Part shown: piece after piece, positions 11,015 through 21,651 of the stretch
How the letters are laid out: every line of letters starts with the position of its first letter
Numbering within the stretch: position 1 is the stretch's first letter
Origin: a virus
Reading direction: 5' to 3' (one strand)
IMG/VR virus record: IMGVR_UViG_3300003873_000002
Coordinates: 64,001-128,000 of that record
DNA length: 64,000 nt
Notes under the pieces: generated by a model
Told to the model about the DNA's origin: nothing
Databases searched by the model: none
What the model saw: only the letters and a program-made list of their open reading frames with translations
Translations under genes and position numbers: made by a program

Positions 11015-12583
11015 TTATCTTCTTTTTGTTAAAAATTTCGCACTTTGCTTTAATAAAATAATAGCATAGTTTGTTTTAGATTCCATAACCTTATAGTACG
11101 ATACTTCATCTATTTTTATAAATTGTTCGATCATGTGGTCAATATTCGTCACTATAAATACACATTCATCATTTAATATCGTCTTATTTTTGTTAAAAAA
11201 TATATATGGATTTATTAATTTCATATCAATTAAAACAAAATCAATACCACCGGTATCTGGGATATCTATATCATTAAAATTATTGGTGTCATATAATATA
11301 ATATTATGACTTTTTTTATTTTTTAATATATTGCTTTTTAATTTTTCTTTCAGATTGGGGTTATCACGATAATCATCATAAATTATAATATCATTTATGT
11401 GCTTCATTACAATGCAGGTAGTTTTGCCGTCCTTTGAACCAATTTCCAAATATTTATTCGATTTTTTCGATATTTCATTTATAAGTGTATTTAATTGTCT
11501 GCCATAATTATTATCATTTAATTGGTTAATATATGAATTTAGTAATGCATTTGAAAGCATTTTTTGTTTATTTTTATCTGTTTTATTAAATGTTTTATGT
11601 AAATTATCACATGAATTACACTCAAAGCAATTGAATTCACATGTTTTAATTTTATTTCGCCAAAAATCGAACGCTTTTGGGTTAATATCTATTTGATATT
11701 GCTTGAATCCATTATAAACATGCTCTTTATTCAATGCAAAGTTTGAAATTATTTCCATTGTTTCATTGATTCTGGTTATGCTTTCTCTGCCGTGCATTTT
11801 TATAACATCAATGTAATCAAGCATTTCAACCCAATCCTCACGCCATGGTGTAAAATTAGCGGTTTTAAGAATTATAGCTTCATCATTATTATCCCACAAA
11901 GGACATGATACTCTAGATATTTCATTGACAAAATATGGCACATCATTGTCTTTTCTTGTATTATTATATGTAAAATGCTCATCCATTACATTGCACCCAC
12001 CTTTGCAACCTTCATTCGCTAATAATGATAGTTTCACATTATATTTATCAGCCACTTCCCTTAGTGTTTTTAGTCTGCTATGGTCCCTCATCAAAACTCT
12101 ATCCAAATTGATATATTTAAACCCAGCTTCTGCTAATTGAGCTATTTCTCTTGGTTCTGATACATTATTGAGGATTGTATTTTTGACAAACAAATCAGGG
12201 AAATTTTGTTGTATTTCGCCAGTTAACATCCAATGTGTAAATGGGATGGTTGCACTTCTTACACCTCTGTCATACAAAGGCTTGAAGTTTTCAATAAATG
12301 TTTTGAGATTTTTCTGAGAGGGGGATATAGTTGTATTGTTATATACTGCAGAAATTTTGAACCCCAATGATTGTAAATATAAAGCATTTTCCAGATGTGC
12401 ATCATTATTTTCAAATACATCACCCATAGCATCGTTATTAAATGGGTCAATTCTCGAAGTGAAATAAACATCATAAATATAATCATGGTGTCTTTCTAAA
12501 AAACCAACAAATTTAAAAAATTCTTGCTCATTTAATTTCGGGTTAAGTGGTACTGAAAAAATATGCTTCATATTACTATCCAT
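11015..12583 (-). CDS. Peptidase U32-like Fe-S protein fused to a class I SAM-methyltransferase-like domain
   Basis: LANEGCKGGC..H..CP and IKMHGRE (U32 K..GR), CEFNCFECNSC cluster; C-terminal YLEIGSKDGKT and IDFVLID SAM-fold motifs; true start may be ATG 12571. Confidence 0.65.
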   Translation of the reverse strand: MDSNMKHIFSVPLNPKLNEQEFFKFVGFLERHHDYIYDVYFTSRIDPFNNDAMGDVFENNDAHLENALYLQSLGFKISAVYNNTTISPSQKNLKTFIENFKPLYDRGVRSATIPFTHWMLTGEIQQNFPDLFVKNTILNNVSEPREIAQLAEAGFKYINLDRVLMRDHSRLKTLREVADKYNVKLSLLANEGCKGGCNVMDEHFTYNNTRKDNDVPYFVNEISRVSCPLWDNNDEAIILKTANFTPWREDWVEMLDYIDVIKMHGRESITRINETMEIISNFALNKEHVYNGFKQYQIDINPKAFDFWRNKIKTCEFNCFECNSCDNLHKTFNKTDKNKQKMLSNALLNSYINQLNDNNYGRQLNTLINEISKKSNKYLEIGSKDGKTTCIVMKHINDIIIYDDYRDNPNLKEKLKSNILKNKKSHNIILYDTNNFNDIDIPDTGGIDFVLIDMKLINPYIFFNKNKTILNDECVFIVTNIDHMIEQFIKIDEVSYYKVMESKTNYAIILLKQSAKFLTKRR

Positions 12584-12590
12584 GTTATTT

Positions 12591-12640
12591 ATACTATGTT
12601 ATACTATGTTATACTATGTTATACTATGTTATACTATGTT
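12591..12640. repeat. Tandem repeat (ATACTATGTT)x5
   Basis: Five perfect 10-nt units between promoter and start codon. Confidence 0.95.
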
Positions 12641-12642
12641 AT

Positions 12643-12671
12643 ATTATAATATAATAATTATAAGAAAGCAA
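12643..12671 (-). promoter_or_regulatory. sigma70-type promoter
   Basis: TTGCTT-N17-TATAAT on the minus strand. Confidence 0.6.
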
Positions 12672-12724
12672 TAGAAAAACAATAGAATGTAATATTTTTA
12701 ATTTATTTAGATTATTTAGGTTAT

Positions 12725-13441
12725 TTAAATTAATGTCTTTATTTCAAAATTATCTTTATCAAATTTATAATTTAATAAATCAAATAATTTATAATTTGGT
12801 GGATACTGTAGCCATTTAGTCATGAATAGTGATTGGTCTAATTTTGTTTTGATATTTTTTAAATCAGTGAGGACTTTTCTGCGCTTAGTAATAATAGATA
12901 ATAAATAATCATTGTGTTTAGTGATTTTATCCTCGATTTTTTTAAAATACACGTCGCGAGACAATCCTGATACCAATGCAAGAGAATCCACAAATGGTGT
13001 TTGTTGTGATTTATCATTTTTATAAATAACTAATTCATCTTTTTGGATATCCCAAGTTGCTTTATCAATTATTTTCGGGGTGTTCGATTCATAGATATTA
13101 TTATACAAATTATCTATATAATTACCAGTAAGTAATTTAAATAATTCAAAACCAGCATTTAATTCTTCCTCTGTGAAATAAACAACCTTTTTAACTTTTT
13201 CAACAGTTTCTTCTTCAAACGTGCTATTGTTATTAACATAAACTTTATGAAATGGAAATTGTGTCCTAAGTGAATCGACACCAATTAAAAGTTCTGGTTT
13301 GATTTCGATGGGGTTGTATTTTCTTATATCTTGAGTTCTTAAAGCATCACTGTCCACTGAAACTATCGCGTGATGGCATTCTCTGGCTATTACATTATAT
13401 TCGGTGACAATCACATCTTCAAGCATTGCGAAATATTTCAT
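12725..13441 (-). CDS. Hypothetical protein, tail-fibre assembly-like
   Basis: 238 aa; TWDIQKDE..TPFVDSLA..R...KI motif resembles fibre-assembly proteins; follows the 572 aa fibre. Confidence 0.5.
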   Translation of the reverse strand: MKYFAMLEDVIVTEYNVIARECHHAIVSVDSDALRTQDIRKYNPIEIKPELLIGVDSLRTQFPFHKVYVNNNSTFEEETVEKVKKVVYFTEEELNAGFELFKLLTGNYIDNLYNNIYESNTPKIIDKATWDIQKDELVIYKNDKSQQTPFVDSLALVSGLSRDVYFKKIEDKITKHNDYLLSIITKRRKVLTDLKNIKTKLDQSLFMTKWLQYPPNYKLFDLLNYKFDKDNFEIKTLI

Positions 13442-13461
13442 TTTTATATCCTAATCTGTTA

Positions 13462-15180
13462 TTAAATTGTTGCAGCGGATGCATATCCAGATGATGTGCC
13501 TGCTGTTTTGCTTCTCCCAGATGCGGGTAACTCAATCATAGATTCTGTTCTAAATGCAAGTCTAAATGCCCTATTTGATTGTACACCACTAATATATCCA
13601 CCAATAGTATAGCCTTTTTCATTGCCGGCTTGCCAATTATCCTCTGCTATCCCGTTAGTTGTTCCGGGTGACGCAGTTGTTAAAATGTATGATAGTGTTG
13701 GGATATTTATTTTATACATGCATCCATTCCCACCATTACCCGCAGATACATACGCCACATCAAAGTATGTGCTTATTGCCCCTTCACCATAGCTGTTACT
13801 CGGGTAATTTACAAAATATGCAATGCCTGTGGCAAATGGTATAGAATAATCTTTTTTATTCCCTTTCGATTTTCCTGCAGTTATATTTATCCCTGTAATT
13901 GAATAACCTGCAGTGGATGAGTTAAAAAACGTTAGATGTCTACCCATCGGCCATGCATCATCTGTGCTTAAATAGTCTTCAAATGTATACGTATCATTAA
14001 CATAAAGGTGTTTTATTTTTTTGTTCCAAGTGGGTGTTGATGATGGTTCAAATCCCACAACCCATGAAAATGTTTTTTGGTTGAACATAGTTGCACCATT
14101 ATTTCCGCTGTTTGGCATCAATGTTCCTGTTTTACTAGTAACTGTCGCATAGTCTAAATGAGAAACTTGATTATATTGCCCACTTACACTGGCACCAATC
14201 CCATAAACATATTGCATTGTGTCACTAAAAGATCCACAAACATATGCACCTGGCTTGTCAAAAACGTTGATAACACGTGTTGTAATATCTGTTGCATAAT
14301 CTGTTACATGGCAATCGTTATATGCGACACCACTTTTATACCCAAAAGAAGTATATCCTTTAACATATGTTGTTTTATATTTATAATCAGCTCTTGCTAG
14401 TTCGTTTTTACCTTGTAATATAGCCAATGCATTCGCGTTACCATCAATCTTCGCCGCAAAACTGTCTATTTTACTGCCAGATAATGCAACAGCACTCTCA
14501 ACACCAGAAATACGGTTGTCGTAACTATCCAATGTATTAGTTAAACCAGGTATTTTGGTGAAATCAAAATTCATCAAATAATCGTGATCTGATTTAATAT
14601 AATCAACAATTTCCTGAATGGATTTTAATGACGGGTCATTTGATGCAGTTAAATTTTCGAGCGTAGTTAGTCTGCCGTATATACCATTTAAAGCGTCTCT
14701 TAATCCAATTATTGAATCAATATTAAGCGATTGCAATAATTCTCGATTTGATTGTATATAATCAACAATTTCCTGTACAGTATCAAGGTCAATTTTATTT
14801 GATGATATAATTTTTAGTATACCATTAACATCATTCCTTAATGAGCTAATATTACCTGAATTATTATCTATAATAGTCTTATTAGCTGATATACTGTTTT
14901 TATTTATGGTACAACATTCTGTGTTTTTCTGAATATTAATAACATTCTTCAAATAATTATCATAATTGTTTTTAATTGTTGTTTGAAGAATACCTATTGT
15001 ACTGTTTATAATGTCTATTTCACTGTTAATTTCCACAATAGAATTAGTATTATCATTAATATTATCTATATGCTTATTTGATTCAACGTAGTTTTTTAAG
15101 GCGCGCATAGCTGATTGAAGAACTAAATCATTCTCTAAAAGTTCATCATTATGTATTGGCATTTGGGTATTTGGGAGCAT
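13462..15180 (-). CDS. Tail fibre/adhesin with coiled-coil and C-terminal beta-repeat (propeller-like) domain
   Basis: 572 aa; LDTVQEIVDYI repeats; KGYTSFGY...KGYTIGGY repeated beta motifs. Confidence 0.6.
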   Translation of the reverse strand: MLPNTQMPIHNDELLENDLVLQSAMRALKNYVESNKHIDNINDNTNSIVEINSEIDIINSTIGILQTTIKNNYDNYLKNVINIQKNTECCTINKNSISANKTIIDNNSGNISSLRNDVNGILKIISSNKIDLDTVQEIVDYIQSNRELLQSLNIDSIIGLRDALNGIYGRLTTLENLTASNDPSLKSIQEIVDYIKSDHDYLMNFDFTKIPGLTNTLDSYDNRISGVESAVALSGSKIDSFAAKIDGNANALAILQGKNELARADYKYKTTYVKGYTSFGYKSGVAYNDCHVTDYATDITTRVINVFDKPGAYVCGSFSDTMQYVYGIGASVSGQYNQVSHLDYATVTSKTGTLMPNSGNNGATMFNQKTFSWVVGFEPSSTPTWNKKIKHLYVNDTYTFEDYLSTDDAWPMGRHLTFFNSSTAGYSITGINITAGKSKGNKKDYSIPFATGIAYFVNYPSNSYGEGAISTYFDVAYVSAGNGGNGCMYKINIPTLSYILTTASPGTTNGIAEDNWQAGNEKGYTIGGYISGVQSNRAFRLAFRTESMIELPASGRSKTAGTSSGYASAATI

Positions 15181-15263
15181 ATTAAACCTGTGGATTTTTT
15201 ATTTTATTTAATTAAAACAAAATATTTATGTTCATATTATTCCTGGTAATCCTAAGAATATCA

Positions 15264-16238
15264 TTAAACAAAATATTCTTGTATGGAATTGAACCCTTCA
15301 CCGTATATGGGATATTGGAATCTTTTCATGCAATCTATTATTACACTTTCAGGTATATCTTTACCATATTCTGTTGAGCGTTTAGCAGATGATTCTAATA
15401 TATCATCAAATGATCTATAGAACACAACAGCAGTATAATTACGTTTATTTCGCCTGTTATTTAACCATCTTCTTCTTGATTTTTCGTTCATATTAGTCAT
15501 ATCAACTACTATGTTTTTATCCTCTTTTACTGCTTTGTTGTATGTTCTAACAAGTGAATCCATTATACCACATGTATTAGTTTTATTATCTTCCATATAT
15601 TTAAATTTATCGTTGTATGTCTCCCCTGGTAATTTCATTATCTGTTCATCAAAACTTATAACAACATCAAAATTGTTATTTTGCACAAATGTCGATTTAC
15701 CCGAACAAGGTGGTCCAACAAGTATAGTAGTGGTTGGGTTACTGGCATTAAATTCAACATATTCTAATGCATTGCGTATTTTTGATTGATTTAATGTGTG
15801 TGAGTGATCAGATATTGACCCCCGTCTATCATATATAGAGAATTTTTCTATATTTTTCTTTTGGGTGAGGTCTTTTTCTCCCCACGGTCTATTGTATCGC
15901 CACAAATCACCATGCATGGCAACTGTTTTTAGTATACATGTGTTTCTCGTATAGCTATTCGCTATATAAAAACTCAAACCTTCATGCCCATAAAATGTGG
16001 CGTGTTTCTTTTCATGATTATATGTTTTAGCCAAAGGCTTACCTAAATCATGCAACCAAGCAATATTCCTGAAGAATTCTGGTTTATCGTTGTCTTTACT
16101 CGCTTCATTGACTACAGCCACAACGTGGTTCCAAACTGAACCTTCGCGATGATAACATGACGGATTGTTTTTGTCATATCCATGTTCACAATTTTTAAAA
16201 AGATTGATGTGTTTGTCATTTAACTTTATATTATGCAT
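15264..16238 (-). CDS. HD-domain phosphoesterase / polynucleotide kinase fusion (HD-Pnk-like)
   Basis: HREGSVWNH, WLHDLGK, FYGHE, MHGD HD motifs; Walker A GPPCSGKST and IVVDMTN. Confidence 0.85.
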   Translation of the reverse strand: MHNIKLNDKHINLFKNCEHGYDKNNPSCYHREGSVWNHVVAVVNEASKDNDKPEFFRNIAWLHDLGKPLAKTYNHEKKHATFYGHEGLSFYIANSYTRNTCILKTVAMHGDLWRYNRPWGEKDLTQKKNIEKFSIYDRRGSISDHSHTLNQSKIRNALEYVEFNASNPTTTILVGPPCSGKSTFVQNNNFDVVISFDEQIMKLPGETYNDKFKYMEDNKTNTCGIMDSLVRTYNKAVKEDKNIVVDMTNMNEKSRRRWLNNRRNKRNYTAVVFYRSFDDILESSAKRSTEYGKDIPESVIIDCMKRFQYPIYGEGFNSIQEYFV

Positions 16239-16295
16239 ATTATACCATTTAATATATTAATACGCATAATACTGCGTATTATGTACTATATTTAT

Positions 16296-16324
16296 ATTAT
16301 ATCATAATTTTAAATTAATTGCAA
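16296..16324 (-). promoter_or_regulatory. sigma70-type promoter with downstream inverted repeat
   Basis: TTGCAA-N17-TATAAT with TG extension; inverted repeat AATACGCA-N6-TGCGTATT at 16259-16280. Confidence 0.65.
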
Positions 16325-16333
16325 CATAATAAA

Positions 16334-17956
16334 TTATTTTAATTCAACCCAATTTTCTATTGTGCCATCAGATGAAGTGATTTTATACGATGAATCAGCG
16401 GGCACGTCACATTCTATTATATAACTAAATAAACCACCGTAACCTTTTATGTGTTTAACCGAAACACCATCAACATAAAAATAAACATCATTTGATGAAT
16501 TTGCATTATCATTATTTTGGTATGATAATGATACTGTAATGGGATAACCAGATGTATTTGAATAAACTGTATCAAAAGCTCTATTTGCGGTTTCATCCAC
16601 CCATGATTTAATAGCGGATGTGTTGTTTAAAGTTGATACAGTATTACTTAAATCTGTTACTGTGGTACTAAGATTAGTAAATTCAGTTCCAGATGGTAAA
16701 GTTGATACAGTATTACTTAAATCTGATACTGTAGTACTAAGATTAGTAAATTCATTTCCAGATGGTAAAGTTGATACAGTATTACTTAAATCTGTTACTG
16801 TGGTACTAAGATTAGTAAATTCAGTTCCAGATGGTAAAGATGATACAGTATTACTTAAATCTGTTACTGTAGTACTAAGATTACCGATATCACTCTTATT
16901 TGTTTCCACTTGGAGTGTTAATCCACTCACATTAGTATTGTTAGTTGTTATATATGTGCTAAACCCCTGAGTGTACGTCACTACCCCGCTAACATTATTA
17001 CTCAGATCTGTGATGGCTAATTTGTTAACATTAATATCATTATACGCTTTATGTATGTCATCATATATTTGATTTTTATCTGATGTCATTTGGTCACGTA
17101 TATTACTAATAGTTGCATTTGTATTTTCTACATTATATGCTATATCTGATTCAATACCATTCCTAGTATCTTGTAGTTCCTGTTTAGTGGCAAATACATC
17201 AGATGTTGTTGCGTTATTATCGACCAATTTTTTAATGGCTTGAAGATTTGATTCAAATGTTATATCATTTGCTTGTAGTTTACTAATATCATTTGAATTA
17301 TTGTCTATATTGGTTTTAAAATTGTCGAATAATATTTTATTAGCGTCTAACAATGCAGTATTATTAGATATAGTAGCTCTCATATCATCAAGGGTGGTAT
17401 TAATCGATTGTATATCCGCTTGGATTTTTGTGCTGTCTACATTGCTGGTATTACCAGCATTAATATTTGCACTAATATTATCAATTGTGTTTTGTATATT
17501 TTTAATATTTGTTTGTATGCTTGTAATATTAGAAGTATTTGTATCTACAGTCGGCCTCAAACCGCTTACAACTGACACCAAACTATTAATATTATCATTT
17601 ACAACCGCACTAGAATTTGATGGGGTGTAATTTGTTAAAAAATTATCAATACGATCTTTGTTCAAAATAATATCATCTTTTAATGCATTAAATTGATTAA
17701 TGAAGTCGTTAACAAGACCTTTTACATTTTCAATTTGTTTTTTATTTCTATTAGTATCATCTACATTGCTATCAGTTATATGTTCGTATGATGATATATG
17801 TGATAGTGCTGTTTCTAATTGATTTTGTAAATCTATTATGTTTTTATCAAGGTATTTATCGTTGTTTATTAAACGAAGTATCTGTAAGTTAAAATCCTCC
17901 CCTTGCACCGAATTATACAAAGGTTGTGATTTTAATGTATTGTTTGGTAAACTCAT
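16334..17956 (-). CDS. Tail fibre protein with 23-aa tandem repeats
   Basis: 540 aa coiled coil; C-terminal SWVDETANRAFDTVYSNTSGYPITVS tip motif typical of tail fibres. Confidence 0.7.
   Translation of the reverse strand: MSLPNNTLKSQPLYNSVQGEDFNLQILRLINNDKYLDKNIIDLQNQLETALSHISSYEHITDSNVDDTNRNKKQIENVKGLVNDFINQFNALKDDIILNKDRIDNFLTNYTPSNSSAVVNDNINSLVSVVSGLRPTVDTNTSNITSIQTNIKNIQNTIDNISANINAGNTSNVDSTKIQADIQSINTTLDDMRATISNNTALLDANKILFDNFKTNIDNNSNDISKLQANDITFESNLQAIKKLVDNNATTSDVFATKQELQDTRNGIESDIAYNVENTNATISNIRDQMTSDKNQIYDDIHKAYNDINVNKLAITDLSNNVSGVVTYTQGFSTYITTNNTNVSGLTLQVETNKSDIGNLSTTVTDLSNTVSSLPSGTEFTNLSTTVTDLSNTVSTLPSGNEFTNLSTTVSDLSNTVSTLPSGTEFTNLSTTVTDLSNTVSTLNNTSAIKSWVDETANRAFDTVYSNTSGYPITVSLSYQNNDNANSSNDVYFYVDGVSVKHIKGYGGLFSYIIECDVPADSSYKITSSDGTIENWVELK
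16629..16883. repeat. In-frame 69-nt tandem repeat (~3.6 copies)
   Basis: Units start at 16632, 16701, 16770, 16839; encode STLPSGTEFTNLSTTVTDLSNTV. Confidence 0.95.
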
Positions 17957-18004
17957 TTATTATTCCTATTTATGATAAATTGACGACAATCACTCAATTA
18001 TTTT

Positions 18005-18484
18005 TCAATTATTTTCAATTATTTTTAATTCTTCAACACTCGTCGCATTTTTTACATATAATTTATCATCTTGATATTTTACAAAATTTGACCTGTTTCT
18101 TGTTATGATTGATTCATATAAAGATTTCAATTCATTATATGTCATATTTATGCGATCATTATTTTTGTTTAACCAGAAGAAATCCACAGGCAAAGTCTGG
18201 GATGATAATTCTGTCATCATTTTATTGATACTTTTTTGATCTGCTTGAAATGTATTGCCGTTAAAATCAATATCATTTTCACATTTATCGTTATATGCTT
18301 GCAGGATATCAATAAATTTTTGTTTTCTGACTTCTTCTAGTTCATCTAATGGCACTAAATCGTTATTTGTGATCCATTCTTTGACCGCAAAAAAATGTCT
18401 GTTATTGATATCATTCGGCACAAAAAAGCTGTCATTGATTTTATACCCATTTTTAAGTTGTTTTACTGTTTTTATAACTATCAC
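18005..18484 (-). CDS. Tail fibre assembly protein (DUF4376-like)
   Basis: FVPNDINNRHF, FQADQKS, FFWLNKNNDRINMT and NATSVEEL motifs; overlaps stop of upstream fibre gene. Confidence 0.7.
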   Translation of the reverse strand: MIVIKTVKQLKNGYKINDSFFVPNDINNRHFFAVKEWITNNDLVPLDELEEVRKQKFIDILQAYNDKCENDIDFNGNTFQADQKSINKMMTELSSQTLPVDFFWLNKNNDRINMTYNELKSLYESIITRNRSNFVKYQDDKLYVKNATSVEELKIIENN

Positions 18485-20706
18485 AATTCTGCATCCATTT
18501 TAACGATATGTTTAGTATAAAATCCTACACTAGCTGAAAGTGGGATATTATCATTATGTGGTATGATATCATTCCCTAATGTATTTGACAACGAAGAAAT
18601 ATTTTGACCAAATCCCCATCTATCTTCAACTAATACAAAATCTAATGAAGGTGTTGTTCTCATTTTTGAAAATGATATCGAATTTGGTGATTGACCATAA
18701 AAATTACTATAATTACCATTTTTAACACAAACAAACGCCTCTTCTTTATAATAGCGCTGGCATAGATCTAATTCAAATCCGTATGGTCTTTGTTCAAAAT
18801 CTGAGACTATTACTGAAGCTAAATTCCCCATTTCTAACTGCACATTTGTTAGTTTAATATAATCACCCACATCCAGTGTTACTTGTGCATTACTACATAT
18901 ATATAATGTTGCACCGAGATTTTTATCATTAAAAATCTGTTTATTGAACGCATTTGATGGTATATCAAAAACAATGCGTTCAAATGCACCACCACTATGC
19001 GTAAACAACCCATTATATGTTTCTGTAGTTGAATCAATACATTCTGTAATTAATTGGATTTCAAATTTGCCTGACTTGTTACTATAGATGTCAAAAGATA
19101 GTCTCATTTCATTACCAACAATATTGGTTATGTCCCTACCTTCAAATTTGTATATATATGGGTTTATAATTGATGTGGCATCTTTTTTTAGTATTTCAAC
19201 AGATGCATGTTTTTTAACAATATAATCTACATTTTCAATATATAATTTTTTGATTTCAGTGTCGGTTAATACCCTGTTAAATATTCTAAATTGGTCTATA
19301 TAGCCACCGAAATTATAATTAAATTTAATTGATTTATCTGCAGAATACCCAACAGTTATTCTATCATAATGGGTCGATGTACACTCAACATATAAACAAT
19401 GCCATTCATTTTTTGTGAATGTATTTGCGCCTTTTACACCATCTATATACCAATCACCTTTATTACCATCAAGGAAATAATAAAAATCTGTGCCCGAATT
19501 AATGATAATTGCATCATGTTCGACAGTACCTGTACCCCTTCTAAAATCTAATAAATAGTTATTTTCGTTGTTATAATGATCCCAATAAAACCATATACAA
19601 AAACTTTTTGGGCTTTGGTCTAAGTTTATATCAACACAATTAACCCTTGCAGATGTATCCATAAATGCAGCTGCTTGCCCAAATTTGCCATTATCATACG
19701 TTTCATTTCCAGTCCATACGCCATTGAAATTGCCATTCATATCATTGGCATTTCCATCGAATGTGTATCCAGCTATTTGACTACCATCTTTAAATGGGTC
19801 TGAGTTATTCACCAAGCTATTAGTCGGGATATTACCAGGTTTATAATATATATATTCATTTTTAACACTAATTGAGCTATTGATTGCTTCATTGACCCAT
19901 CTATCAGCAACATATGCGCTGTTGTTGGTTATCGTTGAGGAACTATTCCTCTGCCACACATCAAAACCACCATTAATAATATAATTCTTAATACCATTAC
20001 CAAGTTTTTCTTTAAAATTTCCTAATGTATATTGGAGATCTGTTATACTTGTTGAATTAATATCAATATCTGTTTTATTATTTGTTGTTTCTACCTGTAA
20101 GTTTGATATATCATTTATAATATTACTTAAATCAACAGTGCTACCGCCTGTGTTTATAGATTCTATTAATGTTCTTAATTCTTGTATCTGGTTGTTTAAA
20201 CCATTATCATTATTAGTTATTTCACTTTCTAGTGATGTTCTTAATTCTTGTATCATGTTCACGAGGTTATTAATATCACCTTGGTTAGTGGACACATCAC
20301 TTGTATTTTTATAAACCTTAGCAGTTAAGTCGCCTAAACTACTATTAATTTTATTAATATCTACATTTATGTTATTGTTTTGGTTATTGTTTTGGTTGTA
20401 CCCGACACACTTTGAGAGTATATTATCTATGCGTAGACTATTTTGTGTAATATTGTCCTTCAGTGCATTAAATTTATCTGTGAATATTTTAACATATGAT
20501 TGCAAGTCACTAATCTGTTTTTCGTTTAAAATAGTACTTTTATCATTGTTTTGTTTATATTTATTTATATATGCTATGATATCATTTAATTGTTTTTTTA
20601 GATCATTTATATCAGAATCTAAATATAAATCATTTGCAATCAATTTAGATAATTGTGATTTATTATCGCTAATTATTTGATCTACTGATATATTTGGTAA
20701 ACTCAT
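18481..20706 (-). CDS. Tail fibre protein with inserted LamG/concanavalin-like domain
   Basis: KNYIINGGFDVWQR...FEQRPYGFELDLCQRYY phage fibre domain interrupted by YTFDGNAND..GKFGQAA..IDQFRIFNRVLTDTEIKKLY (LamG). Confidence 0.8.
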   Translation of the reverse strand: MSLPNISVDQIISDNKSQLSKLIANDLYLDSDINDLKKQLNDIIAYINKYKQNNDKSTILNEKQISDLQSYVKIFTDKFNALKDNITQNSLRIDNILSKCVGYNQNNNQNNNINVDINKINSSLGDLTAKVYKNTSDVSTNQGDINNLVNMIQELRTSLESEITNNDNGLNNQIQELRTLIESINTGGSTVDLSNIINDISNLQVETTNNKTDIDINSTSITDLQYTLGNFKEKLGNGIKNYIINGGFDVWQRNSSSTITNNSAYVADRWVNEAINSSISVKNEYIYYKPGNIPTNSLVNNSDPFKDGSQIAGYTFDGNANDMNGNFNGVWTGNETYDNGKFGQAAAFMDTSARVNCVDINLDQSPKSFCIWFYWDHYNNENNYLLDFRRGTGTVEHDAIIINSGTDFYYFLDGNKGDWYIDGVKGANTFTKNEWHCLYVECTSTHYDRITVGYSADKSIKFNYNFGGYIDQFRIFNRVLTDTEIKKLYIENVDYIVKKHASVEILKKDATSIINPYIYKFEGRDITNIVGNEMRLSFDIYSNKSGKFEIQLITECIDSTTETYNGLFTHSGGAFERIVFDIPSNAFNKQIFNDKNLGATLYICSNAQVTLDVGDYIKLTNVQLEMGNLASVIVSDFEQRPYGFELDLCQRYYKEEAFVCVKNGNYSNFYGQSPNSISFSKMRTTPSLDFVLVEDRWGFGQNISSLSNTLGNDIIPHNDNIPLSASVGFYTKHIVKMDAEL

Positions 20707-21047
20707 TTGTGTGATCTCTTTTTCTTAAAATATCCGTGCATTGTTACACCTGCTACCATCAATACCCTTCTCCATGTAGATATTTTTAGTTGTTTTAATT
20801 CTTTATTGAAGAATGATGTGCATTCACCCCAAGATTTATCACTTGTAGTTAATAGATAATCATGCAATAATGCGGCGGATGTGTAACGACCAATAGGTGG
20901 GAATATTGACCATAGAATACGCGGGACAGATGCACCATCAAATTCGAAACCACATGGTATAGTAAATCCCATGATATTCACTGTTTCCAATGTTTTATAA
21001 TATACTGGGTCATACCAATTTTTTGGTATTATAATTTCAACACGCAT
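20703..21047 (-). CDS. DUF1353-family protein
   Basis: IPCGFEFDGASVPR..W...P.GRY..AALLHDYL signature. Confidence 0.85.
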   Translation of the reverse strand: MRVEIIIPKNWYDPVYYKTLETVNIMGFTIPCGFEFDGASVPRILWSIFPPIGRYTSAALLHDYLLTTSDKSWGECTSFFNKELKQLKISTWRRVLMVAGVTMHGYFKKKRSHK

Positions 21048-21056
21048 TTTTTTCTC

Positions 21057-21593
21057 CTAAAAATCTACTATTAAATGAACTCTATCGCTTTTACCATTAT
21101 TATACACACCGTGTTTTAATTTGTTATTTATTTCCACAACATCGCCCTTTTTAAAATGATGATTTTTATTATCAATTTTAAAATTAACTTCAGGATTAGT
21201 ACTGATTACTATATGAAAACGTTTACATGTACCATGAAACGGTGCAATGTCTATATGTTCACTAATACATTTTCCCGCGGGCAATCTTGCAAACAATAAG
21301 CTTTTTGGTTCTTTGAATCTTAAAACCTGGTGTGTTTTAATAATACGATTTACTATTTCTATTACTTCATTGAAATAAACTGTATCTTCGTTTACAGTGA
21401 ATACATGATCGTTATTATTATGTTTATAAATTACTGATTGTGTATGGTTATTAACGGAGTCTCTGAACTGGCGTATATTGTTCTCAAGCCATGTTTCTTC
21501 ACTGAATGATTCAACTATTTTTTCTAGTCTTTTAAAATCAGGTGTATTTTTTATATTTTCAAATAAAATGTGTGTTTTGTTTGGTATAAACAT
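21057..21593 (-). CDS. Aspartyl/asparaginyl beta-hydroxylase-like 2OG-Fe(II) oxygenase
   Basis: ARLPAGKCISEHID, RFHIVISTN, EINNKLKHGVYN.G.SDRVHLIVD (HxD...H triad). Confidence 0.85.
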   Translation of the reverse strand: MFIPNKTHILFENIKNTPDFKRLEKIVESFSEETWLENNIRQFRDSVNNHTQSVIYKHNNNDHVFTVNEDTVYFNEVIEIVNRIIKTHQVLRFKEPKSLLFARLPAGKCISEHIDIAPFHGTCKRFHIVISTNPEVNFKIDNKNHHFKKGDVVEINNKLKHGVYNNGKSDRVHLIVDF

Positions 21594-21651
21594 TTATCAT
21601 CCCAAAATTATTTATTTTTACTCTGTCGTTTTAGACATTTTAGTCATTCAG

